Below are positions 15,001 through 20,847 of a stretch of 64,000 bases of DNA, piece after piece. The notes below the pieces were generated by a model that was not told the origin of the DNA, made no database searches, and was given only the letters and a program-made list of their open reading frames with translations. The stretch's first letter is position 1. Every line of letters starts with the position of its first letter. The stretch lies in assembly GCA_048939995.1 (NCBI GenBank), contig JBHLOY010000003.1, forward strand, positions 352,001 to 416,000. Direction: 5' to 3'. Both the position numbers and the translations under genes were made by a program. This DNA is from Promethearchaeota archaeon. GTDB taxonomy: Archaea; Asgardarchaeota; Lokiarchaeia; Sigyniarchaeales; SOKP01.

Positions 15001-16121
15001 AATTTAAAGTCCAAATTTTTGCTATCGATGATTTTGGCTATATTAATGACTCTTATACCTTAACATTATTCAAAGATACCATTAAACCAAACATTACCGT
15101 CGACTATCCGAATACAAATTCTCTTTATGGTGCAAATCCTCCTGAGTTTAGTATTTCTGCTAGTAAATTTAATTTAGATTCTGTTTGGTATGAATTATTA
15201 GGTTATCCTAAAAATTTTATTCTCTTCGAATTTACAGGAATGATCAATCAAGAAGCCTGGGATAGTTTTGGAAATGGAACAGTTACCATTAGATTCTATG
15301 CAAATGATACTACCGGAAATTTTGGAATTAAAGACATTATTGTTAGGAAAGATGTAAGTGTACCAATTATTAAAGTCTACAAACCATTTGAATATACAAT
15401 TTGGGATGTACCACCTATAATTAATGTTTCGGTTTCTGATAATAACTTAGATAGTATATGGTATAGAATAGGAACGATGAGTTCAATTCTATATAGCGAC
15501 ATAGAACAACAATTAGATAATTTAATCTGGCAAAGTATACCTGAAGGAGAATTTCATATCTATATTTATGCGAATGATACTTTTGGAAATATAAATGATT
15601 CGTTTTATATAATTTTATATAAAGATACCTTAGCACCTGATATTACAATAAATTTGCCTACTCTATACCAAGAAATTGGAAATATCGCTCCTAATTTTAA
15701 TATTAGTATAGTTGAAGACAATTTGCAGAATTGTTGGTATACGATAGATGAAGGTTTAATAAATTTCACGTTTAACACTAATATTGGACAGATTGATCAA
15801 CAGATTTGGGATGAAAAATGGGAAGCTAGTTATCACGGTGATCTAGTAACAATTACTTTTTATGCTAATGATACCTTAGGTCACCTTGGATATCAAGATA
15901 TCATAGTTAAAATAAGAAAACCAGGATTATTTGATTTAAAAAATCCTAATTTATTTCTAACTACTGGAATAGCTGAAAGTGTTCTCTTTGTAAGTCTAAT
16001 TAGTCTTAAAAAGAATAAGAGATATAAAAGAATGGATAAACGCCAAAAAAAGAGACTAAATAGTATATTATATCTTTCTTTGTTATTAACAGGATTATTC
16101 TTATTAACTTCTTTTATTTAA
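3..16121 (+). CDS. Giant repetitive cell-surface protein (Ig-like/beta-sandwich repeats, C-terminal membrane anchor); 5' end lies outside the window
   Basis: The frame of ORF 129..16121 is open back to position 3 (KSYKIYANDSSGNVNF...), so the gene starts upstream. About 38 copies of a 93-aa repeat, then about 18-19 copies of a second ~94-aa repeat, then two hydrophobic segments separated by a basic loop (KKNKRYKRMDKRQKKR). Confidence 0.9.
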   Translation, partial: KSYKIYANDSSGNVNFLSDFITVIDTSGPSLSGLLESADPLELGMSETIQINVTDLSSIDNVWIEIEDVNYTMSYLSGNTYEYAGWIPTITGIKSYTIYANDTSGNVNFLSDFITVIDTTGPLLSGLFESADPLELGSEETIRIDVYDEDDVKSVWIEIEDANYTMSYISGNTYEYTGWIPTITGIKSYTIYANDSSGNVNFLSDTITVIDTTPPLLSGLLESADPIELGMSEIIQVNVTDLSSIDDVWIQIDGINYLMSYVSGNTYEYTGWTPTITGIRSYTIYANDSSGNVNFLSDTITVIDTTPPLLSGLLESADPIELGMSEIIQVNVTDLSSIDDVWIQIDGINYLMSYVSGNTYEYTGWTPTITGIRSYTIYANDSSGNVNFLSDTITVIDTTPPLLSGLLESADPLELGMDDIIRINVTDLSPINTVWIEIEDINYTMSYISGNTYEYAGWLPTTIGVKIYTIYANDSSGNANFLSDTITVIDTTSPSLSGLFESGDPLELGMSETIRINVTDISSINTVWIKIEAANYTMSHVNENTYEYAGWLPDTIGIKSYTIYANDSSGNVQFLSDAITVVDTTGPTLSDLFESADPLELGMSEVIIINVTDLSPIHTVWIEIEDINYTMSYVSENTYEYIGWTPITIGVKSYTMYANDSSRNINFLSDAITVIDTTGPSLSGLFESADPLELGMPETIRIEATDLGGIYNVWIQIEGINYPMSYISGNTYEYAGWTPNAIGINNYTIYANDSSGNANFLSDYITVIDTTGPNLSGLFESADPLELGTSETIQIEAYDEDGVDTIWIEIEGVDYLMSYVSGNTYEFVGWLPPTIGVKVYTIYTNDTNGNMNFLSDTITVVDTTPPSLLGLFESADPLELGLSETIQINVTDLSPINTVWIEIEDINYSMSYTSGNTYEYTGWTPTTIGVKSYAIYANDTSGNINFLVDFITIIDTTPPQLSGLFESADPLELGMSETIRINITDLSPINTVWIEIEDINYTLNYINGNTYEYTGWLPDTIGIKSYMIYANDTSGNVNFLSDTITIIDTIGPILSELFESADPLELGMSETIQINVTDYSPIDSVWIQIDGINYLMSYFSGNTYEYIGWTPITIGVKSYTLYANDSSGNMNFLSDSITVIDTIGPSLSGLLESADPLELGMSETIQINVTDLSSIDNVWIEIEDVNYTMSYLSGNTYEYAGWIPTITGIKSYTIYANDTSGNVNFLSDFITVIDTTGPLLSGLFESADPLELGMSETIQINVTDFSPIDSVWIQIDGIDYLMNYFIGNTYGYIGWTPTTIGVKTYIIYTNDTNGNINFLSDSITVIDTTGPSLSGLFESADPLELGMPETIRIEATDLGGIYNVWIQIEGIDYPMSLISGNTYEYVGWTPTTIGINNYTIYANDTSGNANFLSDYITVIDTTGPNLSGLFESADPLELGMSETIQIEAYDEDGVDTIWIEIEGIDYLMSYISGNTYEFAGWLPTTIGVKVYTIYTNDTNGNMNFLSDTITVVDTTSPSLLGLVESADPLELGMPETIKINVTDLSPINAVWIQIEDINYSMSYVSGNTYEYTGWTPTIIGVKIYAIYANDSSGNINFLSDVITVVDTTSPSLFGLSESADPLELGISETIRINITDLSPINTVWIQIESINYAMSHISGNAYEYAGWLPDTVGIKSYTIYVNDTSGNVNFLSDTITVIDTTEPSLLGLLESADPLELGMSETIQINVTDLSPINTVWIQIEDINYSMSYISGNTYEYAGWLPDTIGIKSYTIYVNDTSGNVNFLSDTITVIDTSGPSLSGLLESADPLELGMSETIRVNITDLSPINTVWIEIEGIDYLMSYFSGNTYEYTGWTPTTIGIKNYAIYANDSSGNVNFLSESITVIDTTGPNLSGLFESADPLELGITETIRINVTDFSSIDSVWIEIEDANYIMSYLSRNAYEYAGGLPNTIGVKNYIIYANDTSGNINFLSDSITVIDTTGPSLSGLFESADPLELGMSETIQIEASDLGGIYNVWIQIDGINYSMSYVSGNTYEYTEWTPITVGINNYTIYANDTSGNTDFLSDSITVIDTTGPSLSGLFESADPLELGISETIQIEAYDEDGVDTVWIEIESIDYLMSYISGNTYEYAGWTPNTIGVKSYIIYTNDTNGNINFLSDTITVVDTTPPSLSGLFESTDPLELGMSETIQINVTDLSSIDAVWIEIEALNYMMSYIGGNTYEYTVWTPTTIGIKSYTIYANDTNGNMNFLSDTITVVDTTPPSLLGLVESADPLELGMSETILIDVTDLSPIDSVWIDINGNDYPMIFVSGNSYEYAGWTPTVSGINNYTIYANDTSGNINFLSDFITVIDTTGPSLSGLLESADPLELGMSETIQIDAYDEDGVDTVWIEIESIYYPMSYISGNAYEYAGWTPIAIGVKTYTIYANDTSGNINFLSDSIIVVDTTEPSLSGLFESADPLELGMSETIQVEATDLGGIYNVWIQIDGINYTMSYVSGNAYEYVGWTPTTIGVKTYAIYANDTSGNIDFLSDSIIVVDTTSPSLFGLFESADPLELGMSETIRVNVTDLSPINTVWIQIEDINYSMSYVSSNVYEYTGWTPSAIGIASYTIYANDTNGNKRFLSEAIIVVDTTSPSLFGLFESADPLELGISETIKINVTDLSPINTVWIQIENINYSMSYISANTYEYAGWTPSAIGIASYTIYANDTSGNINSLSDTITVIDTSPPLLSGLSESADPLELGIPETIQINAYDANGINTIWIEIEGVNYLMSYISGNTYEFAEWIPTMVGIKSYTIYANDSSGNVNFLSDAITVIDTTPPLLSGLLESADPLELGMSETIKVNVADLTPINTVWIEIEGVNYTMSYISGNTYEYAGWTPSAIEIASYTIYANDSSGNINFLSDTITVIDTTPPLLSGLLESADPLELGMSETIKINVTDLALINTVWIEIEGVNFTMSYISGNTYEYVGWLPNTIGIKIYTIYANDSSGNVNFLLDFITVIDTTGPNLSGLFESADPLELGIYEMIQIEAYDEDGVDTVWIEIEGIDYLMSYVGGNIYEYTGWIPTTIGVKIYTIYANDTNGNIDFLSDFITVIDTTGPSLSGLFESADPLELGNSETIMINISDHSPIDNVWIEIEGIEILMNYVSGFTYEYSGWNPTAIGVKSYTIYANDTNGNINFLPDSIMVIDTTGPILSGLLESADPLELGMSETIQIDLVDLSPIDTVWIEIESIEILMSFISGNTYEYAGWTPITIGVKNYMIYANDTSGNVNFLSDAITVVDTTGPSLFGLSESADPLELGMSETIQINVTDLTSIDSVWIEIESIEILMSFISGNTYEYAGWTPITIGVKNYMIYANDTSGNVNFLLEAIIVIDTTPPLLSGLFESVDPLELGFSETIQIDVFDLSPIDTVWIEIEGVNFIMNFFSGNTYGHSNWIPNMIGLNNYTIYTNDTSGNINFLSEAITVIDTTEPLLSGLFESSDPLELGNSEKIQIDAFDLSPIDTVWIEIEGVNFTMNHISGNTYEHSDWTPNMVGVKNYIIYANDTSGNLNLFSDTITVIDTTPPQIIIREPNPYDQYGIIAPEVDIEFLDYDLDNTWYQIIGTITTANYTWTGAIAQSLWDQMGNGLVVIQFYANDSSGNFNSNYVIVKKDSSAPDVTINSPENDQLYGYLPPVIDVDFGSDAIYEWFQLIGTVTTSNYTWTGTISQEIWDEVGNGTVIIYIYANDSLGNLGYDSVRINKDIIEPNIIINEPAPYSLFGKIAPVFDLDIDEGNLNQTWYQIIGTTTTNNYTWTGIIAQNLWNQMDNGTVTIVFYANDTIGNFGSELIVIRKDIIAPQIIISQPDSNDLFGKSTPEVNVEFLDPNLGSTWYQLSNGSISTNNYTWLGSINQIVWDQIGNGSVNIIFYAIDTIDNLNSTMVIVRKDIKKPSISIIQPHIYELFGETSPIVNININDRHLKAVWYQLSNELIRTANYSWMGLIDQTVWDQIGNGTVNIIFYANDSVRNFASENVIVRKDVISPQITIIEPSNYDLFGNTPPNVNLEVIEPNLNEIWCQLTDGTISTNYTWNGNITQSAWNMFGTGLVTIKIYANDSVGNLGSKSVVIRKDVTAPDIVIYEPNPFDLFGLSAPIVDVDVSDPNLDTISYKLYNNTKSSLIYLWLGSIEQLVWDEFRSSVITIRIYANDTMGNTRFSDVTIIKDITKPTIDINFPNPYDLFGIDPPNLIINIYDQNLDRVWYQLTNGIETTLNYTWSGNIPLNIWNEMGNGTVTIIIYANDTVSNFRSQFITIRKDIIAPIINIDSPGNFSLYGRTPPEVFITVYEPNLDNIRYQLKIGEISTQNYSWTGILEQNVWDEVGNGTISIIFYIKDAVGNFASVVLIVRKDIIAPQILIQEPIPSDLFGTLPPNVSVDIEDPNLSSVWYQLRNGTINTMNYTWTGLIEQTTWNQVGNGSVYLTFYANDSLGNLGSKSVLIQKDIIGPKLIINYPNPYDVFGITAPNINIEIEDKNLFTSWYCLKNETTTTLNYTWIGILEQSIWDQFVNGLVTIFFYANDSMSNFNYINLSLVKDLNAPIINIIEPENFAVIGQIAPDFEVYISGIDIHQSWYVFAGELVKYFFINTDGTTIVTLNQTKWDEFGNGTVTIEFYVNDSVGNIGFDIVELRKDVYAPEILINLPIYEGYWSKPPILNISYFDPNFDTLWYKIGIFSGILINNTEDCIDPLIWDSLEQGKHQLFIYANDTAGNVNDSYVFTIYKDTLAPIITIHSPVNESYSDSPPIFNISFYDPNYDSLWYGNGFINITLVNNTNQFLDWNIWNDQPEGIYQIVIYANDTFGHLNDKYIITLYKDTKAPIITINSPNNNTYYNSPPTLNIVASDPNFDSLWYKVRNEIIKITQPFQDFDAFIWDILDQGEFQVEIFANDTFGHINSDYYLILFKDTLAPKIIINSPLNQTYWNTRPILNITALDPNLISLYYKVNTYLVWLTNNTAILLSSPIWQGLAEGEFKVQIFAIDDFGYINDSYTLTLFKDTIKPNITVDYPNTNSLYGANPPEFSISASKFNLDSVWYELLGYPKNFILFEFTGMINQEAWDSFGNGTVTIRFYANDTTGNFGIKDIIVRKDVSVPIIKVYKPFEYTIWDVPPIINVSVSDNNLDSIWYRIGTMSSILYSDIEQQLDNLIWQSIPEGEFHIYIYANDTFGNINDSFYIILYKDTLAPDITINLPTLYQEIGNIAPNFNISIVEDNLQNCWYTIDEGLINFTFNTNIGQIDQQIWDEKWEASYHGDLVTITFYANDTLGHLGYQDIIVKIRKPGLFDLKNPNLFLTTGIAESVLFVSLISLKKNKRYKRMDKRQKKRLNSILYLSLLLTGLFLLTSFI
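84..10690 (+). repeat. Intragenic tandem array, 279-bp (93-aa) unit, about 38 copies
   Basis: Motif GPxLSGLFESADPLELG...YANDTSGNxNFLSDxITVIDTT recurs every 279 nt; all offsets I checked are exact multiples of 279 (837, 1395, 1953, 3348). Confidence 0.95.
10691..15915 (+). repeat. Second, more diverged intragenic repeat family (~94 aa)
   Basis: Recurring KDxxxPxIxIxxP...D.NL..VWYQL...NYTW.G.I.Q..WD..GNGTV.I.FYAND..GN motif; boundaries approximate. Confidence 0.85.
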
Positions 16122-16310
16122 ACCTTTTTAATGTTCTAAATATTTAAAGATAATCGTTTCAATTACTTATCTTTATAAACTAAATAAAAAAAAAAAAGGA
16201 GGTGATATCTAGACCGTTGATCGAGGTTAATCATCTGAAGATCAAGGTCGATCAAGCAGCAATCTTAAGAGAATATTCAAAGATTATTGCCAACAACTGG
16301 CGATGTTTTT

Positions 16311-17066
16311 TTAATCGGGAATTGGGGATTTTGGGACATGATTTTCATGAGCCAATATATAATCGAATTCACACGCTTTCCAGTGGGTGTCGTAGTGAAT
16401 TTTGACATATTTACATGGTTGTAGTTGAGGTGGATCGGTTAATTTATAACTACTTTCTAGTATAATCCAATTATCACAAGCATAAGGATCAAACGTGAAA
16501 TTATAATATGTCCAGGTGTTACATGGTTCACATACAGTCCAAGAATCTTCAAAGACTAAGAACCATCCAACAGACATTCCAGGAACACAATCATTATAGA
16601 TAGTATTGCCATATTTATCTGTTATGGTCATCAAACCAGGGAATTCACCATATTGCCACCAAGTTTTATTGTATGGCAAGTAGCCGCCTTTTACTCTGAA
16701 AACTACCCATTTGTCTTCACCCCATTCAGGCGTGATGCAAATTGGTAGATCAGATTCAATATTATCTTCAACAAACTCTATGGCACCCGGTTCGACTGTA
16801 TAGTCTTCTGGATCGTCAATTCTGTGATCTATTGGCACATTATCATTTCCCGCTTTAATCCTTCTTATTGGGAATCCTTTCGGATCGTTATTTTCCAATA
16901 TATTTGCAGATGGCATTTCCATATTAGCAGGAATAAAACCATCACGTTTTAAAATATCGAAAAATCCAATTCCGCTTATGAACACCATGAAAATCGTTAT
17001 TATGATAAAGATCAAAATCCCAGCAGTAATAAATGAAGATCTCCTATTGCTGTGATCTAGTTTCAT
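16311..17066 (-). CDS. Hypothetical protein with N-terminal TM/signal anchor and Cys/Trp-rich extracellular domain
   Basis: 251-aa ORF with one hydrophobic helix near the N-terminus; no family recognised. Confidence 0.7.
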   Translation of the reverse strand: MKLDHSNRRSSFITAGILIFIIITIFMVFISGIGFFDILKRDGFIPANMEMPSANILENNDPKGFPIRRIKAGNDNVPIDHRIDDPEDYTVEPGAIEFVEDNIESDLPICITPEWGEDKWVVFRVKGGYLPYNKTWWQYGEFPGLMTITDKYGNTIYNDCVPGMSVGWFLVFEDSWTVCEPCNTWTYYNFTFDPYACDNWIILESSYKLTDPPQLQPCKYVKIHYDTHWKACEFDYILAHENHVPKSPIPD

Positions 17067-17507
17067 TGGTCTTCAATTTCTATTTTTTCAACATCACCTT
17101 TGAATTTCATATTATTTGACCTTATGGTCAAAAATAATATATGTTAAAAGATAATATAAATGTTTTGTTCTTTAAGAAGTCCTCCTAGAAAACTTTTTAG
17201 AAATACTTTTGACCTTAATTAACCATCAAATTATGCAGAAAAATGAATTTAATTTAACACAGATTTAAAAAGAACCTTGAATTGAAGTGAAAGATCAACT
17301 GATTTGAGGTAAAAAATTCTTTAAAATAAAAAATTTGTTTTAATAAATAAAATATTTTGTAGAAATTACAATTTTAACGTGCTTACAAATTTTGAAAATT
17401 AAATTTTTATTAATATATGCAAAATTATATTTTGATGGCTTAATATTTAAGGTATATACCAATAATTTAATCATATTTTAAGAGCATTTGTAATAAACCA
17501 ATTAACA

Positions 17508-18884
17508 ATGGAGCATCTTAGTAATACTAAATCTAATAAGAAGAAGTCTTCAAAAAAGAGTCTTAAAAAGCAAAAACAAAAAGAGGGATTAGAAATTGGT
17601 TATATTACCGATATTTTTCCCGAAGAACTTATACAAAGAATAAGATTTCTTCATTTTAAGATTAAAAATTTGGAGGATGATCTTAAAAAACAAGAAGAAA
17701 TAACATCCCATTTCGATTTAGACCTGATAACAGAATATATTAACATTTTAAATATTAATTATAAATCAAAAAATCAAAATTTGATTATAAAAGAATTAGC
17801 TATAACTGCTTCATATTATGATCCAAGTGATAATAAGGAGATCGATATCTATGATATCATGTTTGAATGTGCTCGTGTGTCCTGGATATTAGCAAGATTA
17901 TATAATCAACTCTCCAAAAATTTTGAAAAGGTGGAAGATTGGGAAAACGCTATAATAGCGATGATTAAGTGCAGTAAGATGTACAAGACAGCAACGTACT
18001 TTAGCGCAGCTGCGGTTAATCAAAATAATATAAGTACAAGTCTAGAACCAAAAAATTTAGAATTTGAATCTGAACAAAGTAGAATTTTTGCACAGAGTCT
18101 TGCTGCTCTTAAGGAAGAAAGACAGAATAATTTGATTTTTGCCTCAAAACTTTATTCTGGGCTAAGTTTATTATCAAGGAGATTACTTTATTTAGGCCTC
18201 GATGATGAAATAATAAAAAGCAAATTAAATGCTCAAGCGGACTTTGATATGGGTAAATCATGCTATTTGAAAGCCCAAGCTCTTCAAAAAGGGGTGAGTG
18301 CTGAAACATCCGATAAGCAGAGTAGAACTAGATTGATTGAAGATCTATTAAAGAAATCGGTTTTTTATTTTTCCAAAGCAGAGAAAGCCTGGGAGGAAAT
18401 ATTAAAAAACTATAAAGATTTAACAGATCAAGAGAAAGGAATTATTCTATATAATTTATCAGTGGTTAATGACAATATTATGGAAATTGATGCTGAAATA
18501 TTTCCCTCTGAAATGCTTGAGGATATAAAAAATCCAGAACCTGTTATTATTATACCAGAAAATTTAGCAGAAATATTACCTAAAACAACCTTATATTTAT
18601 CAGATATAAAACCTATGGACGTGAATGTTGATCTGCATAGAAAATATAAAAAGGAGAAATTAGATATACCAAATCCTATAAAAAGAAAAGAAGAGCTATT
18701 AAGTAAAAAGACAGCTTTAGGAAGAACAATCAAACAACTGAAAAGTTTATATGATGATAATGATATCGATATCACTAAATATGCAGAATTATTTGAAAAA
18801 TACACACACAAATTAAATTTAATTGAGTTTGAAATTAGTAAATTAGAAGGAGTAACAAATCAAAAAAGTAAAAATCAACAATGA
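17508..18884 (+). CDS. Hypothetical alpha-helical (TPR-like) protein
   Basis: 458-aa ORF with helical-repeat character and a C-terminal coiled coil; ATGA overlap with the next gene. Confidence 0.7.
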   Translation: MEHLSNTKSNKKKSSKKSLKKQKQKEGLEIGYITDIFPEELIQRIRFLHFKIKNLEDDLKKQEEITSHFDLDLITEYINILNINYKSKNQNLIIKELAITASYYDPSDNKEIDIYDIMFECARVSWILARLYNQLSKNFEKVEDWENAIIAMIKCSKMYKTATYFSAAAVNQNNISTSLEPKNLEFESEQSRIFAQSLAALKEERQNNLIFASKLYSGLSLLSRRLLYLGLDDEIIKSKLNAQADFDMGKSCYLKAQALQKGVSAETSDKQSRTRLIEDLLKKSVFYFSKAEKAWEEILKNYKDLTDQEKGIILYNLSVVNDNIMEIDAEIFPSEMLEDIKNPEPVIIIPENLAEILPKTTLYLSDIKPMDVNVDLHRKYKKEKLDIPNPIKRKEELLSKKTALGRTIKQLKSLYDDNDIDITKYAELFEKYTHKLNLIEFEISKLEGVTNQKSKNQQ

Positions 18885-19357
18885 AAAGAAATTCTGTTTT
18901 ATGGATAATTTTAATAATATCTATAGTGGTAATTTTTTTTATTAGCAATATCTTAGCAATCTGGCTTACTATCATATTTTTAATTATTGCAATATTTTCT
19001 TATATTATTTCTCTTACATTTAAAAGAAAACTTATAAGAACTATGCAAAAATATAAGAGAATAAATGACACAGATGTTGCTAAAGAGTTAAATTCCCCTA
19101 TTGAAAAAGTCCGTGAGAAATTGTCTAGTCTTTACAAGCATCAAAAAAAAAAGATTGGATTGACTGTTTTCTTAAATAACAGATATATCTTTTATAATCA
19201 AGAATCTCTAAATGAATTTAAGCGAGTTTATGCCAATTATGCTAAAGAAAAAGAAATCTTAGAGAAACTACAGCCAACTATTGGCCTTAAAACAAGAGCA
19301 GAAGTGAAGGTTATCAAGGATACACTAATAAATCATAAAATCGTCGAAAAAGTTTAG
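18881..19357 (+). CDS. Membrane-anchored protein with a winged-helix-like cytoplasmic domain
   Basis: Two N-terminal TM helices, then an HTH-like segment (INDTDVAKELNSPIEKVREKL). Confidence 0.65.
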   Translation: MKRNSVLWIILIISIVVIFFISNILAIWLTIIFLIIAIFSYIISLTFKRKLIRTMQKYKRINDTDVAKELNSPIEKVREKLSSLYKHQKKKIGLTVFLNNRYIFYNQESLNEFKRVYANYAKEKEILEKLQPTIGLKTRAEVKVIKDTLINHKIVEKV

Positions 19358-19412
19358 TCTCATCGATATTAAGGATCAAATAGATTAGGGTATAATTTAT
19401 TAAGTATAAAAA

Positions 19413-20594
19413 TTATAACAAATTTTTCATAATAATTTCAGAGCTTCGATGATTTTCCCATAAAGAAAGAAATTTTTTTAGGGTTTCATCATTTTGATAG
19501 ATTTTATTCCTCGCAATTCTCTTAGCTTTCAAAACTCTAAGAAATTTTTTATCCAAACTTCTTTCATATTGATTACCAAGTTTTTCTAGTTTACCCTTAT
19601 TTTCACATGATTTAATTGATTGAATAGCAATTTGTCCAGACATCATCGCATAAGGAATTCCTTTTCCACTAATTGGATCCACGATCCCTCCAGAATCTCC
19701 AACAGCAAATACATTTTCATCATATAGTTTTTCTCTTATTCCTACTGGAATAAGATGTGGTTTAAAGATTTCTAAATGTGCACTTTCAAGAGTTGATTTC
19801 ACGAATGAAAGGTTTTCAAATTTTTTAAATTCCTCTCTTGAGTTTTTAATTAAATTAATTTGATTACCCCAGCCAACTGTTATTGTTTCAAATTTTGGAA
19901 ATAGCCAAGCATAACCTACTGGGATTAGATCTTTAATCCCAAAAAATAAATGAACAGCATCGGAACCTAAACTTTTATTTATCTTTGTTTTATTTGATTT
20001 CATTTCCTTAGTAATCGTTAAAATAACATCTTCATCTTTGAAGAATGGCCATCCTAAGAGCGATAATGTTTTTGAAGTAACACCATCAGCAGCAATAATA
20101 TATTTTGAGGTATATTTAGCTTTACTTGTGCCAATAATATACTTGCCATCTTCTTTTTGAATACTTGTTAAGAGTTCTTTTTCCCTTAATACAGCACCAT
20201 TATTTACTGCCATATCAGTTAAAAACTTATCGAAGGTACTACGCCAAATTACAGCTCCCTTTCCTTTTTTTGAATAAATATTTCCATCTGTATGATGTAA
20301 TTCTAATGTCTCTATAACACGCTCTATTTTTTCCTCGGGATAATCGATCTCTTCAATAAGCTCCCATGCCATGGCGCCCCCACATGCTTTATAACGTCCT
20401 TCCTCCCCAAGATGCTCTTTCTCTATAATACATGATGAGTAACCATTTTCACTGGCTTCTTTAGCGGCAACTGAACCACTCGGACCAGCACCTATTACCA
20501 AAATATCAAAATTATTAGAATTTGGGCTCATTTTACTCTGATTCTCGTAATTTTTATTATTCTTTTGAACAGTAATCATGATTAATACTCCCAA
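19413..20594 (-). CDS. Geranylgeranyl reductase family FAD-dependent oxidoreductase
   Basis: DILVIGAGPSGS, KACGG, IIAADG, GYAWLFPK and VGDSGGIVDPISGKGI motifs; sits in the isoprenoid cluster. The true start is probably a downstream Met. Confidence 0.88.
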   Translation of the reverse strand: MGVLIMITVQKNNKNYENQSKMSPNSNNFDILVIGAGPSGSVAAKEASENGYSSCIIEKEHLGEEGRYKACGGAMAWELIEEIDYPEEKIERVIETLELHHTDGNIYSKKGKGAVIWRSTFDKFLTDMAVNNGAVLREKELLTSIQKEDGKYIIGTSKAKYTSKYIIAADGVTSKTLSLLGWPFFKDEDVILTITKEMKSNKTKINKSLGSDAVHLFFGIKDLIPVGYAWLFPKFETITVGWGNQINLIKNSREEFKKFENLSFVKSTLESAHLEIFKPHLIPVGIREKLYDENVFAVGDSGGIVDPISGKGIPYAMMSGQIAIQSIKSCENKGKLEKLGNQYERSLDKKFLRVLKAKRIARNKIYQNDETLKKFLSLWENHRSSEIIMKNLL

Positions 20595-20847
20595 TTATAA
20601 AAATAAATTTATTGAAGTTGAAACTTTTGTATAAAAACAGATAAAAAATAATTTTTGTGAAAAGTAATATTTCTACGATTATGAATCGTTGATATTCTTA
20701 ACGATATTAGTAAAAACAATGAGAATAAGCCATAAAGTTTTAAATCTTGTATGTATATTCATTAATAAAATAAACATTTGAATAAATAATTATTCTGTTT
20801 AAAGAATGTATTAGTGAATTACACCAAAGATAAACGAGGAATTCAAA

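Noticed and set aside
1518-15636. Short minus-strand ORFs inside the giant gene, and similar antisense ORFs across the window (e.g. 18428, 22608, 38757, 63404)
   Set aside because: Shadow ORFs opposite well-supported genes, with no recognisable motifs.
16197-16210. 16S rRNA gene fragment (ATCACCTCCT on the minus strand)
   Set aside because: The match is limited to about 10 nt; adjacent sequence does not resemble 16S helix 45.
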